Positions 21,421 to 24,000 of a stretch of 24,000 nt of DNA are shown here, in pieces. A program made the position numbers and the translations under genes. The notes beneath the pieces were generated by a model. That model saw only the letters and a list, made by a program, of their open reading frames with translations, did not search any database and was not told the DNA's origin. The number at the start of each line of letters is the position of its first letter. Within the stretch, counting starts at the first letter, position 1. The DNA comes from a bacterium (GTDB lineage: Bacteria; Patescibacteriota; Minisyncoccia; Phycocordibacterales; Phycocordibacteraceae), in the NCBI GenBank assembly GCA_030651285.1, contig JAUSCN010000013.1, positions 95,697 to 119,696 on the forward strand, written 5' to 3'.

Positions 21421-21439
21421 ATTTAACCGATACTTGCTT

Positions 21440-21628
21440 ATGTACTCACCCTTCACTTACCTGAAGCATGTGCGCGAAGAGTTTGCGCACATCGTTTGGC
21501 CGACAAGTCGGACAGCGATCGCACACACACTCGTCGTCATTGTTATTGCGGTTGCTATTGCGCTTATCGTGAGCCTTCTCGACTTTGGCTTCGGTCAGAT
21601 CGTGAGTCGTGTCGCTGGTGGCTACTAA
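21440..21628 (+). CDS. secE: Preprotein translocase subunit SecE
   Basis: ORF 21389-21628 trimmed to MYSPFTYLKHVREEFAHIVWPTSRTAIAHTLVVIVIAVAIALIV. Single TM. Immediately upstream of nusG. Confidence 0.85.
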   Translation: MYSPFTYLKHVREEFAHIVWPTSRTAIAHTLVVIVIAVAIALIVSLLDFGFGQIVSRVAGGY

Positions 21629-21635
21629 AACTACT

Positions 21636-22277
21636 ATGAACCAAGACCCACACATGCACAGCGGGGAAATGGATCTGCCGGAAGAGATTGGTATGGCAGA
21701 CATTGCCCCGATGGTGCGCAAGGAAGTGCGTGATGAGACTATGCCGCAGGAAAAAGATGCACGCTGGTATACCATTCATACGTATGCCGGTTATGAGAAT
21801 GCTGTCGAGCGCAACCTGAAGCAGCGCATTGAGTCTCTCGGAATGGAGGGAAAGATCTTCGACGTGATCGTCCCGACCGAGAAGAAAATTCACGTGAAGG
21901 GAGGGAAGAGGGTTGTCGAAGAGGAGAAGATTTATCCGGGCTACATTCTTGTGCGCATGATCGTCGATGACGACTCGTGGTTCGTGGTGCGCAATACGCC
22001 GCGCGTTACGGGCTTTGTTGGGGCAGGGAATACGCCGGTTCCGATGGAAGAGACGGAGGTTTCTTCGCTCATGAAGCGCATGACTGCTGAAGCGCCGAAG
22101 CACCGCATCGACCTCATGAAGGACGATCCGATCGTCATTGCCGACGGTCCATTCAAGGATTTGGAGGGTAAGGTTGGTGAGATTGATGAGGAGCGCGGCA
22201 AGGTGAAGGTTATGGTTTCGATGTTCGGCCGAGAGACCCCGGTCGAGCTCGATTTCTTGCAGATAAGGAAGCTTTAA
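21636..22277 (+). CDS. nusG: Transcription termination/antitermination factor NusG
   Basis: WYTIHTYAGYENAV...FDVIVPTEK...YPGYILVRM...VRNTPRVTGFVG (NGN domain). IADGPFKDLEGKVGEIDEERGKVKVMVSMFGRETPVEL (KOW). Start set at ATG 21636, after the secE stop. Confidence 0.95.
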   Translation: MNQDPHMHSGEMDLPEEIGMADIAPMVRKEVRDETMPQEKDARWYTIHTYAGYENAVERNLKQRIESLGMEGKIFDVIVPTEKKIHVKGGKRVVEEEKIYPGYILVRMIVDDDSWFVVRNTPRVTGFVGAGNTPVPMEETEVSSLMKRMTAEAPKHRIDLMKDDPIVIADGPFKDLEGKVGEIDEERGKVKVMVSMFGRETPVELDFLQIRKL

Positions 22278-22402
22278 TTTTGTTTGCGAAATTAAAGCGC
22301 ACACGTATGTCACATTATTTGGCGGGGATTTCTTTGCGCCAAAAATGGGACGCCGGAAGCGCACAAATTGACGTAAAGTACTTATTAATATAGATTTCAT
22401 CC

Positions 22403-22822
22403 ATGGCCAAAGTAGTTAAAAAGATCAAGTTGCAGATCCCGGGAGGGGCAGCAACGCCTGCGCCTCCAGTCGGTACCGCGCTCGGTCCTGCTGGTGTGAA
22501 CATTGGCCAGTTCGTATCTCAATTCAATGAGGCGACGAAGGACAAGCGTGGCAGCATTATCCCGATCGAGCTTTCGGTCTTCGATGATCGTACGTTCACT
22601 TTCATCATGAAGAATCCGCCGGCGTCTCGCCTCATTTTGAAGGCGCTCGGTCTTGAAAAGGCTGCGCACAAGCCGGGGACAGAGAAGGCTGGAACTATCA
22701 CAAAGGCTCAGATCGCGAAGATTGTTGAAGAGAAAATTTCTGACATGAACGCGACGTCTCCAGAGGCTGCCGCTCGCACTATCGCTGGCACCGCTCGCTC
22801 GATGGGGATTGAGGTGAAGTAA
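22403..22822 (+). CDS. rplK: 50S ribosomal protein uL11
   Basis: MAKVVKKIKLQIPGGAATPAPPVGTALGPAGVNIGQFVSQFN...TFTFIMKNPPAS. Confidence 0.95.
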   Translation: MAKVVKKIKLQIPGGAATPAPPVGTALGPAGVNIGQFVSQFNEATKDKRGSIIPIELSVFDDRTFTFIMKNPPASRLILKALGLEKAAHKPGTEKAGTITKAQIAKIVEEKISDMNATSPEAAARTIAGTARSMGIEVK

Positions 22823-22840
22823 ATTTACACTCAACCAAAT

Positions 22841-22875
22841 GAAAACGGCACCCCATGGGTGCCGTTTTCATTAAG
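22841..22875 (+). terminator. Intrinsic terminator directly after rplK
   Basis: 13-bp stem GAAAACGGCACCC / GGGTGCCGTTTTC, then ATTAAG. Confidence 0.8.
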
Positions 22876-22975
22876 AATGATGTGATATTGCGTGTTGATG
22901 GTTTCGCGAGTACAGTGCGGTCGGATAGTGGTTCGGTAAAATAAACACAACCTTAACTAGTGCAAGGAGGGGAAA

Positions 22976-24000
22976 ATGGATCCAAGGGTACTTGAGTTAC
23001 GGCATGTGACTCGTGAACTTACGGGCGGCGGGTTCGTGCTCATCTTGAATACTGGAGCAGTCATCGATGCGGAAGCGGAAGCAATGCTGCAAGCACTTCA
23101 CTCTCGTTCGGTTGGAGGTATTCGCGCGCATCTGAAGACTCTTGCAGAAAAAGGTCCCGAGAGGTTTATGAAAAACTTCTACGTCGGGTACGGGCATAAA
23201 TCAATAGGAGACTGTGGTACGGGGACGATATTTATCGAGGGTGTTTCGATGCTTGTCGCAAAGGCTATACAAGATTGGCTTTTGTATTCCGGGCAAGAAG
23301 CGTCAACTCGATACATCGATTTCCTGATGCAGAAATTCATTGATCTCTTTGGTTTGCCAGGGTCTATGGAAATACTCGAAGAGTGGCGAAGTTTCTACGC
23401 ATCTTCACAAAATCCACTTCGCGAGCACCTTCGAGAATGTTTTCCAAGGAATCAAGAAGAGGATGTGAATGTATACGAAAAAGCCATTAACGCTAGAAGC
23501 TTCGACATTTTGAGGGGGTTCCTACCGGCTGGTGCTACTACTAATCTCTCTTGGCACACCAATCTGCGCCAAGCTGCAGATCACATCGCTTTTCTGCGGT
23601 GTCACCCGCTTCGGGAGGTTCATGTTGTTGCTGAGGCGATGGAAAGCGCTCTGCAAGAGGCGTTTCCAAGTTCGTTTGGGCATAAACGTTATGAAGCGAC
23701 TGAAAAATACCATACCATGTGGATGCGGGAAGAGTATTACTTCTCCGGCACAAAACATCACGATGTCTGTCCACCTAACAAGGTTGGCGCAGTGCACAAG
23801 AAAACAGTATTGACGCGCAATTCAATCGATATCAATCGTTTGGAAGAGTACAAAGATTTTCTTGTAGCCAGGCCGGAGAAGACGGAATTACCAAAACAGA
23901 TGGCAGAATGCGGGGCGATGCAATTCGAGTTTCTTATCGATTTCGGTTCATTCCGCGATATTCAGCGTCATCGTTCTGTGATACAGCGCATGCCCCTTCT
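22976..24000 (+). CDS. thyX: Long-form flavin-dependent thymidylate synthase (ThyX-like), 5' part; continues beyond the window
   Basis: Absent from the ORF track because it is open-ended. AAGGAGG SD then ATG 22976. Translation MDPRVLELRH...YSGQEASTRYIDF...LIDFGSFRDIQRHRSVIQRMPL carries ThyX signature pieces (S-x-R-Y, RHR). Confidence 0.8.
   Translation, partial: MDPRVLELRHVTRELTGGGFVLILNTGAVIDAEAEAMLQALHSRSVGGIRAHLKTLAEKGPERFMKNFYVGYGHKSIGDCGTGTIFIEGVSMLVAKAIQDWLLYSGQEASTRYIDFLMQKFIDLFGLPGSMEILEEWRSFYASSQNPLREHLRECFPRNQEEDVNVYEKAINARSFDILRGFLPAGATTNLSWHTNLRQAADHIAFLRCHPLREVHVVAEAMESALQEAFPSSFGHKRYEATEKYHTMWMREEYYFSGTKHHDVCPPNKVGAVHKKTVLTRNSIDINRLEEYKDFLVARPEKTELPKQMAECGAMQFEFLIDFGSFRDIQRHRSVIQRMPL

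Noticed and set aside
21564-22400. 278-aa minus-strand ORF
   Set aside because: It is antisense to secE-nusG, which have clear NGN/KOW motifs on the plus strand.
1-24000. Scan for CRISPR arrays, DGR template/variable repeat pairs, IS elements, integrases, toxin-antitoxin pairs and known defence genes
   Set aside because: There is no spaced repeat array and no long inter-ORF repeat other than the intragenic kinase repeat. No reverse transcriptase, transposase or integrase-like ORF was seen. The window is mostly housekeeping plus lineage-specific envelope proteins.

Overview
By gene content this looks like a chromosomal segment from a small-genome CPR/Patescibacteria (Parcubacteria-like) bacterium; that assignment is inference. 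The window is mostly housekeeping. It holds a partial Mur ligase, ruvA, rpsT, ruvX, a Trbp111/CsaA-like tRNA-binding protein, pilM-pilN-pilO, uppS, an RluA-family pseudouridine synthase, rplS, a PduO-type adenosyltransferase, secE-nusG-rplK and a partial long-form thyX. It also holds eight tRNA genes and many strong intrinsic terminators. Accessory content includes a receiver/PAS-kinase/receiver operon divergent from an ECF sigma gene, several CPR-style small membrane or secreted hypotheticals, a lipoprotein with a beta-propeller, a SIMPL/DUF541 protein and a delta-9-type fatty-acid desaturase. I found no CRISPR array, transposase, integrase, reverse transcriptase or recognisable defence system. 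The best candidates for something undescribed are four. (1) An ~840-nt promoter-to-terminator unit (20483-21326) just upstream of secE, with a 7-codon leader ORF, a helix that can mask the next Shine-Dalgarno (SD) site, a very basic 61-aa ORF and a 4-Cys 115-aa ORF. (2) A ~146-nt GC-rich element right after tRNA-His whose ends copy the tRNA-His acceptor and T-arm strands. (3) Perfect nested DNA repeats inside the kinase coiled coil. (4) rplK as a stand-alone gene with no rplA after it. All of these are sequence-level hypotheses made without database searches.
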